Positions 45,692-55,994 of a stretch of 64,000 nt of DNA are shown here, piece after piece. The DNA comes from Deltaproteobacteria bacterium. GTDB lineage: Bacteria > Myxococcota_A > Polyangia > Fen-1088. Every line of letters begins with the position of its first letter. The stretch's first letter is position 1. Both the position numbers and the translations under genes were made by a program. The notes under the pieces are model-generated. The model was given only the letters and a program-made list of their open reading frames with translations, did not search any database and was not told where the DNA came from. The stretch is from the NCBI GenBank assembly GCA_033763315.1, contig JANRKS010000006.1, positions 64,001 through 128,000 of the forward strand, read 5' to 3'.

Positions 45692-48559
45692 TCAGCGGGA
45701 CACCGCCAGCGTCACCGGCCCCATCAGTCCGGCCGGAGCGCGGGGCTCCCGCCGATCCCGTTCGAAGGCCTTGATCCCTTCGTCATAATCACGACGCCTC
45801 TCGCCCCAACGCGAGCTCACAGCGGTAGGCACGGGGGTCTCCGCATCGCTCATGGCGCCTACAGCGTTGGCCAACCCGTTGGTCACCAACACACGCAGGC
45901 GAGTGGACGTTCGCCGCAGTTGCGGTGTTAGGTCGATTCGATACGGAGATGTCCAAAGTGTTCCTACCTTGAGACCGTCGAGAAAGACCTCGGCTACGTC
46001 GGCGACCACCCCCAGATCGAGCTGAACAGCGGCCCGGCCATCCCAGCCCGAAAGATAGGGCCCCAAGGGAACCTCGTACTCGCCCTGTCCGCAATGAGCG
46101 TGATGCGCGCTCATTGTGTGCCACCCGACGAGACTGGGCAGTTCATGCGTTGTGCCCTCAAGGTGCAGCTGCCAGGGACCATTTATCTTGCTGACGATTG
46201 GCGCGCCCTTCGCGGCTGCTGGCCGGGGCGAAAGTCTTCGATCCGAGGACACAACGAAGATCGATTGCCACGGCCCGAGGCAGAGGCTGATGGATGTGTT
46301 CGTTGTCGTCGACGTCGGCACGCTCATTCGCGTACGCGCCACGGGGTCCCAGGCCTCCAAGTTGGGCACGCGATCTCGCAGCCGGACTTGCTGTTGAAGT
46401 TCGCGGTCACTCATGTTTGCGAAGAAGAAAACATGTCGGCTGTCCGTAACCCGGTGTGCCCAAGCCAACCCCTCGCCGGGCGTCGTGTCGCGCACGGTTT
46501 CGACGTCGGGCGGAACATGGGACCTGAGTGCCGCAACAAGACTGTCTGCGCCAGGCAATGAGAATGCGTCAACGGCTGGCTTGCCCCACGGTGCAGGTTC
46601 CGAGTGCCACGGCAGTTTGAAGTCGGGCAGCAAAACGCCGGCTCCTCCGTTTCCCCAAATCTGCTCACACAGCGCTGCAGTTTGGGCGCGGGTTGATTCG
46701 TCGATGGCGAATCCAGGCTGGCATTGTGGCAGCTGGCCAAGCGCCACCACCAATCCTCCTCCACGCACAAAATCGGCAAGGCGCTGCAGGGTCTTTAGCG
46801 GAATCACCTCGATGTCGGGCAGTATCACGGCCTTGTGGCGCAGTCCTGCCACATGCAGCGCCCCCGTGCGCACGACGGCACGCGTCTGCAACACATCATC
46901 GTTGATGATCTCGAAGTCGTACCCGGAGCGCACCAGCAGATTGCCAAGGCCTCGGTAATTTATGAACCTGCGCTCAGTGTTCCAAACAGCCCTCCGGCTC
47001 CATCGCGTTGCATGCGGCGAATAGATGGCGATGTCCGAAACCGGTTGTCCTTGTCGCAACAGGAAACACGCGCTGGCCGTGTAGTCCGCCAAGTGTTTGT
47101 AATAACGCCACCAGGGCGACCTGGGGTTGATGGCGTTGCCCCAGGGCATATCCCTCGCCGGAGCAATCGTCGTTTCGGCGGACGCCAGGTATCCGTGGTT
47201 GTACAACTGTGTGATGCCATCACGCAAAAAGGCGTCCGTGGCGATCTTCATTTCTTGGAGCGTGGCGCTGTACCTCGTCTTGTGAAGAAATGTGAAGGCC
47301 TCGGCGGAAACATGATCCCGTCCGTAGTACCTGGCGCCCGAGACAATGGCTTTCCTCGGATCTTCAACGGTCTCATACCGCGCCGTCGTCACTTCGGCCT
47401 CGGGGCGCTCGACCGTTCCTGCCCCTTGCACAATCTCTTCCGTGAAGCGGTACTGGGGCTGCATGCGGGCTTGAACTTTGATGCGCCTGCACAAGGTGTC
47501 GAATGTTGCCATGACGGCAAGTCCCCGTTCGTGAAGAACGCGATTCACCTCGTAACGCACCTGTCGAACCAAATCGCCCTCGCCAACCCATAGCGCTGGC
47601 AAAAGGGGCCTAAGATCCTTGCCGGTCGATGCCAAGAAGGCGTCACAGATGTCGTTTGTCCACATGATGCCGTCGGGCAGCGGCACGACCTCAAAGCTGT
47701 CACAAAAAAAGGAATCAACCGTTCGCCCGAGTTCGGACCCGAAAGCGTGTGCAAGTTTTTGTGATACGAAACTAAAATAGCGCGAAACTGCGGCTGGATT
47801 CAGGTGGTCGACCACCCATTGCCGCTCGGAAAAGTTTTGCGCGCTGTTTTGCTGGCCCGTGTAGCGAAGCCAGAACCCAAAAATTCGCCAATGTCCACTC
47901 GGCACAAGCCAAGGCTTAAGTCGCCCATCGTCATCCGTGGGCAACAGCTGCGCTTGCGCGACCACCTCTGCGCCATTCTGCAGCGGCACCGCCACCGCAG
48001 CGACCGGGGTGTTCTCGTCCGGAGCCGTTGACGTGAAAGTTGGATCAACCTCGAAGTGAATGAGCTTTGCCGCGCGCGGCTGGAAGGGAGGCAACGGTCC
48101 AGAGAACATTGAGCCTCCGACAACGTCAATGTGCGTGTGAACCAGGCATTTACTTCTGTCCGTCTCGCGGACCCAAGGGCCACCAAAGCTCCACCCGGAT
48201 CCAAAGGTGATGGACACATTCATGCCCAATCTTCGCCCTTCTTTTACTGTGTGCTTTAGAAGCTCAATGTGCTCCCCCGACAGAAATTCGGGGCCGGGCG
48301 TCTTGTAGAAGTTCCACGTGGACATGACCTCTACGCCGCCCAAGCCTTGTTTGTTCATGTCGGCTAATTCTGCCGTGATTTGAGCTTTGGTCACCGCGTT
48401 GCCCGGCCACCACCACCTTGTGCGTGGCCGGTAGGTGCGGTCCGGCTTCGCGAAGCCTTCCCAAAGTCGGTCGGGAGGAGAACAGCCGTACACGCGCCAC
48501 GTAGGGAATAAAGCGGCTCCAGTGGCGCCAAAGACGAACTGCCTTCGATTCGTCAGCAT
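45692..48559 (-). CDS. Tat-secreted glycoside hydrolase family 106 (alpha-L-rhamnosidase-like)
   Basis: NRRQFVFG; RPRTRWWWPG, GLGGVE, FFCDSFE, SAEAFT, LDLG.V.DVAEV..DG..VG.LW..PY, GLMGPV. Confidence 0.88.
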   Translation of the reverse strand: MLTNRRQFVFGATGAALFPTWRVYGCSPPDRLWEGFAKPDRTYRPRTRWWWPGNAVTKAQITAELADMNKQGLGGVEVMSTWNFYKTPGPEFLSGEHIELLKHTVKEGRRLGMNVSITFGSGWSFGGPWVRETDRSKCLVHTHIDVVGGSMFSGPLPPFQPRAAKLIHFEVDPTFTSTAPDENTPVAAVAVPLQNGAEVVAQAQLLPTDDDGRLKPWLVPSGHWRIFGFWLRYTGQQNSAQNFSERQWVVDHLNPAAVSRYFSFVSQKLAHAFGSELGRTVDSFFCDSFEVVPLPDGIMWTNDICDAFLASTGKDLRPLLPALWVGEGDLVRQVRYEVNRVLHERGLAVMATFDTLCRRIKVQARMQPQYRFTEEIVQGAGTVERPEAEVTTARYETVEDPRKAIVSGARYYGRDHVSAEAFTFLHKTRYSATLQEMKIATDAFLRDGITQLYNHGYLASAETTIAPARDMPWGNAINPRSPWWRYYKHLADYTASACFLLRQGQPVSDIAIYSPHATRWSRRAVWNTERRFINYRGLGNLLVRSGYDFEIINDDVLQTRAVVRTGALHVAGLRHKAVILPDIEVIPLKTLQRLADFVRGGGLVVALGQLPQCQPGFAIDESTRAQTAALCEQIWGNGGAGVLLPDFKLPWHSEPAPWGKPAVDAFSLPGADSLVAALRSHVPPDVETVRDTTPGEGLAWAHRVTDSRHVFFFANMSDRELQQQVRLRDRVPNLEAWDPVARTRMSVPTSTTTNTSISLCLGPWQSIFVVSSDRRLSPRPAAAKGAPIVSKINGPWQLHLEGTTHELPSLVGWHTMSAHHAHCGQGEYEVPLGPYLSGWDGRAAVQLDLGVVADVAEVFLDGLKVGTLWTSPYRIDLTPQLRRTSTRLRVLVTNGLANAVGAMSDAETPVPTAVSSRWGERRRDYDEGIKAFERDRREPRAPAGLMGPVTLAVSR

Positions 48560-48611
48560 GTCACTGAGCTTTCGCTCACTCGAATCGTACGTTCGGAGCG
48601 CTTCGGCATCA

Positions 48612-50009
48612 TCAGTTTGCGCAGGTTAGATCCTTGAAGATCCAGCGCAGCTGATGCGGCAGGGCTGTTGCCGTCCACACCTCATCCAAATGAATGCCCT
48701 TGTCGATCACGAAGAGTTGGTGATGCATGTTCTTGGCCTTGAGAGCTTGGGCAACCTCGATGTTCGTTTTCAGCCAGTTTGCTCCGCAGCCAGACGCATC
48801 CACGCTGCCTTTGCCAGCGCTTGAACCACAGCCTGCGGCGGTGCGTTCGCCGACGCTTCCGAAGATATCACAGGTGCCGACTGTGGCCGACCATCGAACG
48901 TTGCGTGCCGGGCAAAAGGCAATCGTGCGCTGGTAGCGGGTGTTTTTGATGGCACAACCGGGATCGGTCGAGGGGCACCAATCTTTGCCTAGACACGTGA
49001 AGCAGACTTGGCTTGGGCTACCCCCGATGCCCCGAGATACCACATCCGATCCCATCCACATCGTGTCGAATGCATTGGCGCCCGCTGTGCTTTGCCCCGC
49101 AATCACACGGTAGTTCGGATCATTCGAAATCTTGGGCCACTTCGCTTGTAACGCCGCAATGATCGTGCGCAGCTGCGGCACACGCTCTTGCGCGTTCAGG
49201 TCGTCAGGCAGAAACACCGCGATCGTGTAGGGAATCTCATTTTTCTTCACGAGAAACTCATGAACGTTTTCGATCTTGAAGCGGCTGTTCGAGGCTGATC
49301 CCAAAACGTCTGTCCAAATGCTTAGCGCGACCTTGTTCTCGGCTGCCGCCTTATAGCCGTCGGGACCTCCCGGCAAATACACACGCCCCACGCCCTGGGG
49401 TAAGTCGGTTGTGATGGTCCCGCCCGCCGTCAATGGCTCTGCATACGCCAAAGGGATCATGGCGCCTTTGGGGATCGTTGTGTTGTCGCCCTCTTTGGTG
49501 CCGAAAATGCCATCCTGCACATACTTCTCACCGCAAAAGCCCGTGGTCTTGAGCTGTGGGTTCTGCAAAAGTGGTGCGGCATCTTTCGGTCCGCAGTGTT
49601 CCATGTTGGGCCAATCGGGACGGAACCAACACTTGGGCTCTCTGTGGAGGCAAGTTTCGAGCGACATGTTCTCAACACAATCAGGCAGATTGGCGCTGTA
49701 GGGTTTGGGCTCAGGTGGTGTGCCTGCGCTGCCTCCGGTCGTCATCCCGCCTATCGGGGATCCACCGCTGCCGCCCGTGGTACCACCGCCGGTGTTGCTG
49801 CCACCGCTGCCGCCCGCGGCTTTGCCGGCTGTGCCGGCTGTTGAGGCGCCGCCCGTACCCGTCTTGCCGCCGCTGCCCCCGTTGTTCTCCGGTTCACCAG
49901 CGTTGCCTCCCTTGTTGTCGTCGGTGCCACCGCTCGAACCGGCACACGCCATTGCCAAACTGTAACCAAGAACAACAGAAGCTACATAGAATCGATTCGT
50001 GGTTTTCAT
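48612..50009 (-). CDS. Alpha/beta hydrolase (Fes/esterase-like) lipoprotein
   Basis: Lipobox AMAC, Gly linker; VYLP, DPNYRVIAGQSTAG (nucleophile elbow variant), ALKAK...GIH. Confidence 0.7.
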   Translation of the reverse strand: MKTTNRFYVASVVLGYSLAMACAGSSGGTDDNKGGNAGEPENNGGSGGKTGTGGASTAGTAGKAAGGSGGSNTGGGTTGGSGGSPIGGMTTGGSAGTPPEPKPYSANLPDCVENMSLETCLHREPKCWFRPDWPNMEHCGPKDAAPLLQNPQLKTTGFCGEKYVQDGIFGTKEGDNTTIPKGAMIPLAYAEPLTAGGTITTDLPQGVGRVYLPGGPDGYKAAAENKVALSIWTDVLGSASNSRFKIENVHEFLVKKNEIPYTIAVFLPDDLNAQERVPQLRTIIAALQAKWPKISNDPNYRVIAGQSTAGANAFDTMWMGSDVVSRGIGGSPSQVCFTCLGKDWCPSTDPGCAIKNTRYQRTIAFCPARNVRWSATVGTCDIFGSVGERTAAGCGSSAGKGSVDASGCGANWLKTNIEVAQALKAKNMHHQLFVIDKGIHLDEVWTATALPHQLRWIFKDLTCAN

Positions 50010-50022
50010 AGGGGCTCCAAAG

Positions 50023-52287
50023 TTACGGTTCGATAACGGTCATGACGGGGAAGGTGGCATGAACAACATTGTTTGCGTCAGTGACGTGCGCGATGAAGTT
50101 GTGGGCGCCTGCGCTTAAGTTGGAAAAGGTGTGCTGGGCAGCCGCGCCCGCTTGCACGGTCGCCAGTGGCGTCATCGGTGCCGTGGCCGAGGCGTCAAAG
50201 AAGTCGATCTTCTTCCACCCGTCTAGGCTTGCGTCCATCGCCAGAATCATCGTTCGGCTATCACCCGCTTTCCCGTGTTTGGGAGCCTCCTTCCACCACA
50301 CCTTCTTGGGCACAAAGCGAAGTTTTCCACCTTCGAGCAAAATGGGGCCCGAGCCTTCCAATGACTGCCGGTAGTAGTCGAATGCCTGCCAAACCAAAGC
50401 CGTTGCTTTGCCAAACACAAAGTCCGGCTGAGGCGTCGTGAAAACGGTCGCCGCAGAAGCGGGGGGCGCCGGGAATTGGGTGAAAGGTGACAGGGTCGAC
50501 ATCGTGCTGGTTGTGGTGATGCTAGAGAACGGGCTTGAGCCAAGATGACCACCGCTTCGATCCACGGGCTTAAGCGGCAGCTTGCCGTCGTTGTTGTTCG
50601 TTCGCAGCTTGATGAGCTCTTGCAAGAACGATAGGTAAAGCGTCCACGAGTCAACGACGGCGTGTGTTTGCATGCCGTGGATGGTCATGGTCCAAAGGGC
50701 TCCCGTGATCTCGGTCTTCGTTTGATCTTGCAGATAAGGATAAAATCGTTGCGGTCCCCACATGCCGGATACAGCGCCCGCCATGCGATCGGCGAACCGT
50801 GACGCGACGACAGACGTATAGATGATCAGCCCAGGGATCGAACGTCCCACGTCAGATACCGGATAAAGCTCGAAGGTCTCTTCAAGACCTTGGTTTACGT
50901 CACCGCCAAACCGTGGCTTGTCTGCGACGAAACCGATGAGTCGCTTGTTAAACGTCTCATCGGAGAGGGCTTGATAGGCGAGCGTGTCGAGAAGGGAGTG
51001 AATGAAGACGGGAACCGTTTTGAGCTCCTGACGCCCCGTCTTCGCGACCAGCTTGTCCAAATCCGCTTGGAAGAACATGCCGAACTCTTTGAGGTTTGAA
51101 CGCACGCCACCCACCAAAGCCCAGCCCCACGTTTGGGCGAAGTGGCGCAAGTGTTTGAACATGGCGGTGTCAACATCTCCGGTGGCGGCGTTGCGAACCA
51201 ACCCGGGCTCGCTGATAAGAAGGCCCTTAATTGGCTTGCCCTCCATGCCCTTCGGGATCCAGATGTGAATCGGCGCGCCCTCCACAGAGATCACACCTGG
51301 ATCAGGAAGGGCCTCGGCTTGCTTGATTTGAACTTCGTCAACGAACAGATCCGCTTCAGCGTTCGCGGCCAACCCGAAAGACACTTCGCCCGTGGTATGC
51401 GCCACGTTGACCCAGTCCTGCCTCACGCCGTCAACGATGGCACCGTCCTTGTCGATCATTTCGGCCCATGCCGAGATCGCTTTGGACGCCGTGTTGACGA
51501 CGACCGTGACCTTGATCGTTTGAGGTTTGTCGGACGAATCGAAGGCCGTCCATGCATATGATTCTCGGCGCGGTCCCGCGCACAAGGGCTCATCGAAGCA
51601 GGTTTGGCTTTCGGCGGGACCGAGGTCAGTGAGCAAACAGCGGTCGTAGAACCAAAACGCGTCGACGTCCGAAATGCCTGCGGGGCCGTCGCGTCCTTTG
51701 TTCGGGGAGAAACGAATCACTTGACCGTCGTTTCTGTTTTGATCCGACGCAAAGCCAAACCACAGGGCGGGCGCTCGCGACGACCGAAAGGTAACGGATG
51801 CAGTGAACGACTCAAATGTATCCGTGGGCGTCTTGTCCGGCTCAGAATCGAATGTCAGCACCGCGCGTTTGCCCGCGGGCACTTTGATGGCGCCAGCCTC
51901 CTGCACCACGCTCCCCATTTGCGCTGTCACCGCGAACTTGGACGCAAGGTCAGTTGCGGTGTCGAAGGTCACTTTAATTGGAAGTGACGCCGTGGGGGCG
52001 GCGTCCGCATCTGTCACAGGACCGGGACGCGTGGTGTCCCTCGTGACGTTCTTGCATGCCGTGGTCGGCATCGGTTGCCCCGCTTGCCCACCCGCGGGTG
52101 GCATCGCGCCAGCGCCCGAAGCGCCGCCTGCGGCTGGGGCCACTCCCGCCGCGCCGCCCATGCCGCCCGTTGCGCCCCCCGAGCCGCCATCGCCATCGTC
52201 AGGTGTAGAACTGGATTTGCAACCGCTTGCGAACGTGGCGCTCGTTAGCAGACACAATATGGCCAAACAACTAAGCCGTGAGTGCAT
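50023..52287 (-). CDS. Large multidomain lipoprotein (lectin-like + hydrolase-like + Ig-like)
   Basis: Lipobox ASGC, Gly linker; IWIP...KGLLI...FA...L..KTGRQELKTVP hydrolase-like core; KIDFFD...LSAGAH Ig-like end. Confidence 0.65.
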   Translation of the reverse strand: MHSRLSCLAILCLLTSATFASGCKSSSTPDDGDGGSGGATGGMGGAAGVAPAAGGASGAGAMPPAGGQAGQPMPTTACKNVTRDTTRPGPVTDADAAPTASLPIKVTFDTATDLASKFAVTAQMGSVVQEAGAIKVPAGKRAVLTFDSEPDKTPTDTFESFTASVTFRSSRAPALWFGFASDQNRNDGQVIRFSPNKGRDGPAGISDVDAFWFYDRCLLTDLGPAESQTCFDEPLCAGPRRESYAWTAFDSSDKPQTIKVTVVVNTASKAISAWAEMIDKDGAIVDGVRQDWVNVAHTTGEVSFGLAANAEADLFVDEVQIKQAEALPDPGVISVEGAPIHIWIPKGMEGKPIKGLLISEPGLVRNAATGDVDTAMFKHLRHFAQTWGWALVGGVRSNLKEFGMFFQADLDKLVAKTGRQELKTVPVFIHSLLDTLAYQALSDETFNKRLIGFVADKPRFGGDVNQGLEETFELYPVSDVGRSIPGLIIYTSVVASRFADRMAGAVSGMWGPQRFYPYLQDQTKTEITGALWTMTIHGMQTHAVVDSWTLYLSFLQELIKLRTNNNDGKLPLKPVDRSGGHLGSSPFSSITTTSTMSTLSPFTQFPAPPASAATVFTTPQPDFVFGKATALVWQAFDYYRQSLEGSGPILLEGGKLRFVPKKVWWKEAPKHGKAGDSRTMILAMDASLDGWKKIDFFDASATAPMTPLATVQAGAAAQHTFSNLSAGAHNFIAHVTDANNVVHATFPVMTVIEP

Positions 52288-52492
52288 CGTAAGTGTTCCC
52301 CTCGAGAAGACTGGAAGTCGGGCCGTGCGCCGTCTAGTGAGGCTAGACTGAAACTTGAGACGCCGCTTTGGCGCGGGCCGCTTCAATTGACGAACGTCAG
52401 GTATCTCGCGCCGCCGCTCTTAAGCGCGCCTGCACATGAACCCGATGACGCTTATGACCAAACGCACACGCGTCAAGTCGCTGGATGATTCG

Positions 52493-53608
52493 TCACCGTG
52501 GCTTTCGTCCCGTGCATACGTGGACGACGCTTTGACGTAAGCGTTCGCGGGGACCAGGGACGGGATCGGCTCCCACCAACTCAACGTCCATGCCGTGTAA
52601 GCGTGCTGGCACAGGGGGGATGGAAGGCAAGACGACGCGGCAGCCAACCCACGCGGCATCGTATCTGTAATTGGGCGTGCCCTCTTGGATCGTTTCAACC
52701 GCAGCTGCCAACATCAGCCGGCTGGCAACGTTCTCAAACCCTGCGTTGATCAATCCCGCACGAAGGCGGCCATCGAACAAGTGCAAGGAGGCTGACGGCT
52801 CAACACGCAGCGGCTGCGCGTACGGCGCGTTTTGCCAAGTGAGGTACACGCTGCGCATAAGTTGGCAAAACGTTGCCAGCTCTTGCGGGTTTGAAGTGAG
52901 TCGTACGAAGCTTTGAGCCGCGATGGTGGGCTCGAAGCGATCCGGCAAGAACGGCATGCCCCAGCTGGCCAAGGTCGCTGCCGCCGGATGCCCCGCCCGT
53001 GACAACAAAGCCACCGCGTGAGCGAATTGCGCTGCCGGAATGCACAGATGGTCAATCAAGGGCGATAGCTGGTCTCGCAGTTCATGAGCCGCCAGATGTT
53101 CATGTCCAAGAAAGATGTTTGGTATCGGCACCATGGCTTTCGCAACAGCCGCCGATAGGGCCGGCTCGATGCTGGTTCCCATATCAAGCAGGTGCACGAA
53201 CGATCCATGCGGTTGCAAGACGCGGAAGCACTCGCGCGAAGCGATCTCAACGTCGCCGACGACGTCGAAGCCGCACAACGATGTGACAAGATGAAACGCG
53301 TCGTTCTTTATGCCCAGGTGATTGGCGTCGCTGCGCACGGCGGTGGCGTTGCGGTTGTCGCGCAGCAAAATCTTCAGATAGGCCTCATTGACGTCCAGGT
53401 GGACGCTTCTTTCGGCCAGTGCGGGACACCACTTCGCCAATTGACCCGTTCCTGCTGCGAGTTCCAAAACTTGGGCGTGCGGATCGGCTAAATGTCCGTC
53501 ATACACCCGCCGAACCAGCTCGCTTGTCACATCGTCAAAATCGCGTCGTTGGCTTGTCCATCGAGCGTGATCACGGCTGGCTCGTTCTTGGGGCGTTTGG
53601 CGGGCCAT
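52493..53608 (-). CDS. Class I SAM-dependent methyltransferase
   Basis: VLELAAGTG, LDVN, DANHL...FHLV, RVLQPHG. Confidence 0.8.
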   Translation of the reverse strand: MARQTPQERASRDHARWTSQRRDFDDVTSELVRRVYDGHLADPHAQVLELAAGTGQLAKWCPALAERSVHLDVNEAYLKILLRDNRNATAVRSDANHLGIKNDAFHLVTSLCGFDVVGDVEIASRECFRVLQPHGSFVHLLDMGTSIEPALSAAVAKAMVPIPNIFLGHEHLAAHELRDQLSPLIDHLCIPAAQFAHAVALLSRAGHPAAATLASWGMPFLPDRFEPTIAAQSFVRLTSNPQELATFCQLMRSVYLTWQNAPYAQPLRVEPSASLHLFDGRLRAGLINAGFENVASRLMLAAAVETIQEGTPNYRYDAAWVGCRVVLPSIPPVPARLHGMDVELVGADPVPGPRERLRQSVVHVCTGRKPR

Positions 53609-53653
53609 CGAAATTGCTTTTCCTTAAGGCCTAAAACGCCACAGGTCCAAGCA

Positions 53654-54886
53654 TCAAGGAAGCGACGGATGCGTGCCAGTGCTCAACGCGTTGTGATCCC
53701 GGCGAGTCGAGGCGCCTTGGATGTCTGCCAGAACGGTGTCTGGGCCGAAGCCGCCCGGCTTCATCCAAACAAAGAAGGGTCTGTTATTCAGGTTGGCCGT
53801 AGACAAGGTTACGCCAGACAGGGGAGTGCCAAGGACGGTCATGCTGTGAATGCCCAAGTCCTCCAAGACTGCGGCTGCCGTGTCGCCGCCGCAAGCGAAA
53901 ACGGCATCCAGATTGTTGTGAAGAACCTTTCGCGAGGCCACTTTGCCAAGCGCCTGCGCCACACTTCGAGGGGATGCCGTGCCTCCCTCTTTGGGAACGA
54001 GCAACGCCAGCCGTCCGTCCGTCATCGACACCGGCAGATCTTTGATTTGGCTGGTGTCGACGGAAACCATGTGCACATCGGCCTTGTTTTCGAGATGTGC
54101 GATTTGTCGCCGCGCTTCGTCTGATCGCGAACCCACCACAAACAGCCGTGGCGCGCAGAGGGGTGCGTCAGCCACAACGCCATCGCCGCGAGGGAACGCC
54201 GCGGTGGCCAGCGCGCGGGTGAGGCCGCCGGAGCCAACGCACAACGTCCATGGCGCCACCTGCACACAAAGCTGTGCCACCCGCGCCAGCGCCTCGTCAG
54301 TGTTGGCGTGCGCCAACCAAATGGTGGGGGGCGCTTGCAGATCCAAAGGGGGGGGCACGTCGCTCATCACGACCGTGTGATGTGGGAACAAAGCGGCCAG
54401 TTGATTCTGGATTGGCGTGGTATCGGCAGCGGCCGGATCGCTGGTTGCATAGCTCGTCATTGCCAATGGTCTGCCGTGAACGAACAGCAGTCCGTCGCTC
54501 ATCGTGCGCCCCTGTGCGGGATTGGCCAGGGCCACGATGATATGGCGCCGGCCGGCCAGAGCAAACAACGCTGCCACCTCAAGCGCAGGGTGTCCGCGCC
54601 ACGTTGAATCCACCTTCTTGACCAAAAGCCGTGCTAACCACGGCGCTGAACGTTCAAGCGTTCGCAGGCGTAAGAGCGCCTCATCCCTGCTGACGTTGCG
54701 GGTGCTGGTGTCGATCGCAAACACGTCGCAAGGAGGCCGTTGGCCATTGCCCAAGTCACGAATCAGCACGGTGTGGGCGCCTCGTTGTGCGAAGTCTGCC
54801 GCAACGTCAACGGCACCCGTTAAATCATCCGCGATGATGGCGGTCTGGCCGGCGGTGGCCTTCGGCCCCTCAGCCCGCGTCGGCAC
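53654..54886 (-). CDS. Four-carbon acid sugar kinase (DUF1537, DtnK/DenK-like)
   Basis: IIADDLTGA.D, IDTSTR, KKVDSTWRGH, P.QGRT, VGSGGL, VVGS, GGDTA, KPGGFG. Confidence 0.9.
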   Translation of the reverse strand: MPTRAEGPKATAGQTAIIADDLTGAVDVAADFAQRGAHTVLIRDLGNGQRPPCDVFAIDTSTRNVSRDEALLRLRTLERSAPWLARLLVKKVDSTWRGHPALEVAALFALAGRRHIIVALANPAQGRTMSDGLLFVHGRPLAMTSYATSDPAAADTTPIQNQLAALFPHHTVVMSDVPPPLDLQAPPTIWLAHANTDEALARVAQLCVQVAPWTLCVGSGGLTRALATAAFPRGDGVVADAPLCAPRLFVVGSRSDEARRQIAHLENKADVHMVSVDTSQIKDLPVSMTDGRLALLVPKEGGTASPRSVAQALGKVASRKVLHNNLDAVFACGGDTAAAVLEDLGIHSMTVLGTPLSGVTLSTANLNNRPFFVWMKPGGFGPDTVLADIQGASTRRDHNALSTGTHPSLP

Positions 54887-55889
54887 GATTGGCCCCGATC
54901 ATGCGGTGTGCATATTCAATCGCGGCCACCATATTCTCGGAACGCGCGATGCCTTTCCAAGCGATATCGAAAGCGGTGCCGTGGTCAACCGATGTGCGCT
55001 TGATAGGCAGCCCCAACGACACATTCACTGTGGTATCGAAGGCCAACAGTTTTGTGGGGATGTGCCCCTGGTCGTGGTACATCGCCACGACCAGATCGAA
55101 TTCGCCTTGAGACGCACGCAGAAAAACCGAGTCTGGCGGCAAGGGGCCCGTCACCGTGATGCCCTTGGAACGCGCGGCCACCACGGCTGGTTCGATCTCC
55201 GTGAGCTCTTGGTTGCCGAACATCCCGCCTTCGCCTGCGTGCGGGTTCAAGCCTGCCACCGCTATCCGCGGTGATTGAATACCCAGTTCTCGCAGATGCG
55301 CTACCCCCGCCTCAATCGTCTGTAAAATGCGATCCGCGCGTGTGCGCGTGATGGCGTCCTGCAGCGACACATGTGTTGAAACGTGAATCGTCGACAGCCG
55401 CGCGCCCGCCAGCAGCATGAAGGAAGAGGGGGCTTTCGTTAGGCTCTGCAGCAGCCCCGTGTGTCCATCGAATTTGTAGCCGGCCGCATGCAACGCTGAT
55501 TTATTCAGCGGCGCTGTGACGATCGCACCCACGCGGCCCGAAAGCGCCAACTCAACCGACCTATAAACATAGGCATAAGCCGCGGCGCCACCAGCGGCCG
55601 AGGCAACCCCAGGCTCAACCCGCTCCACCTCGGGGCTGTTGACGTGAACCAGCCTTATGTCCGCTTCACTTCGCACGGTTTCGCCGAAGTTCAGGTCTGC
55701 GCCCACCACGTGCGCCGCTCTTTGCATTGTTTCCTCGTGCCCCACAACCAAAACACGAGCACGTTCCGCGGGTGTCATGCTTATCAGCGCGCGGCAAATG
55801 ATCTCGGGCCCCACGCCTGCGGGATCACCCATGGTCAAAGCAAGTGTGCGGGGAGCCGTAGGCGCGTCGTTCTCTTTGGTTGTGGTCAC
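54870..55889 (-). CDS. pdxA: PdxA family dehydrogenase (PdxA2, D-threonate/erythronate 4-phosphate dehydrogenase-like)
   Basis: TMGDPAGVGPEI, VTAPLNK, GHT, GLNPHAGEGG, AMYHDQGHIP, RTSVDHGTAFDIA. Start moved to GTG 55889. Confidence 0.93.
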   Translation of the reverse strand: MTTTKENDAPTAPRTLALTMGDPAGVGPEIICRALISMTPAERARVLVVGHEETMQRAAHVVGADLNFGETVRSEADIRLVHVNSPEVERVEPGVASAAGGAAAYAYVYRSVELALSGRVGAIVTAPLNKSALHAAGYKFDGHTGLLQSLTKAPSSFMLLAGARLSTIHVSTHVSLQDAITRTRADRILQTIEAGVAHLRELGIQSPRIAVAGLNPHAGEGGMFGNQELTEIEPAVVAARSKGITVTGPLPPDSVFLRASQGEFDLVVAMYHDQGHIPTKLLAFDTTVNVSLGLPIKRTSVDHGTAFDIAWKGIARSENMVAAIEYAHRMIGANRADAG

Positions 55890-55994
55890 ACTCCTGGTTC
55901 TGGACCAGCGCCGTGGGATGTCTAGTTGACGACCGTCAGTTGAAAGGGTGGGGCTATCTGACGAAGAACCTGATGTGTGGGTGTAACCAATGGC

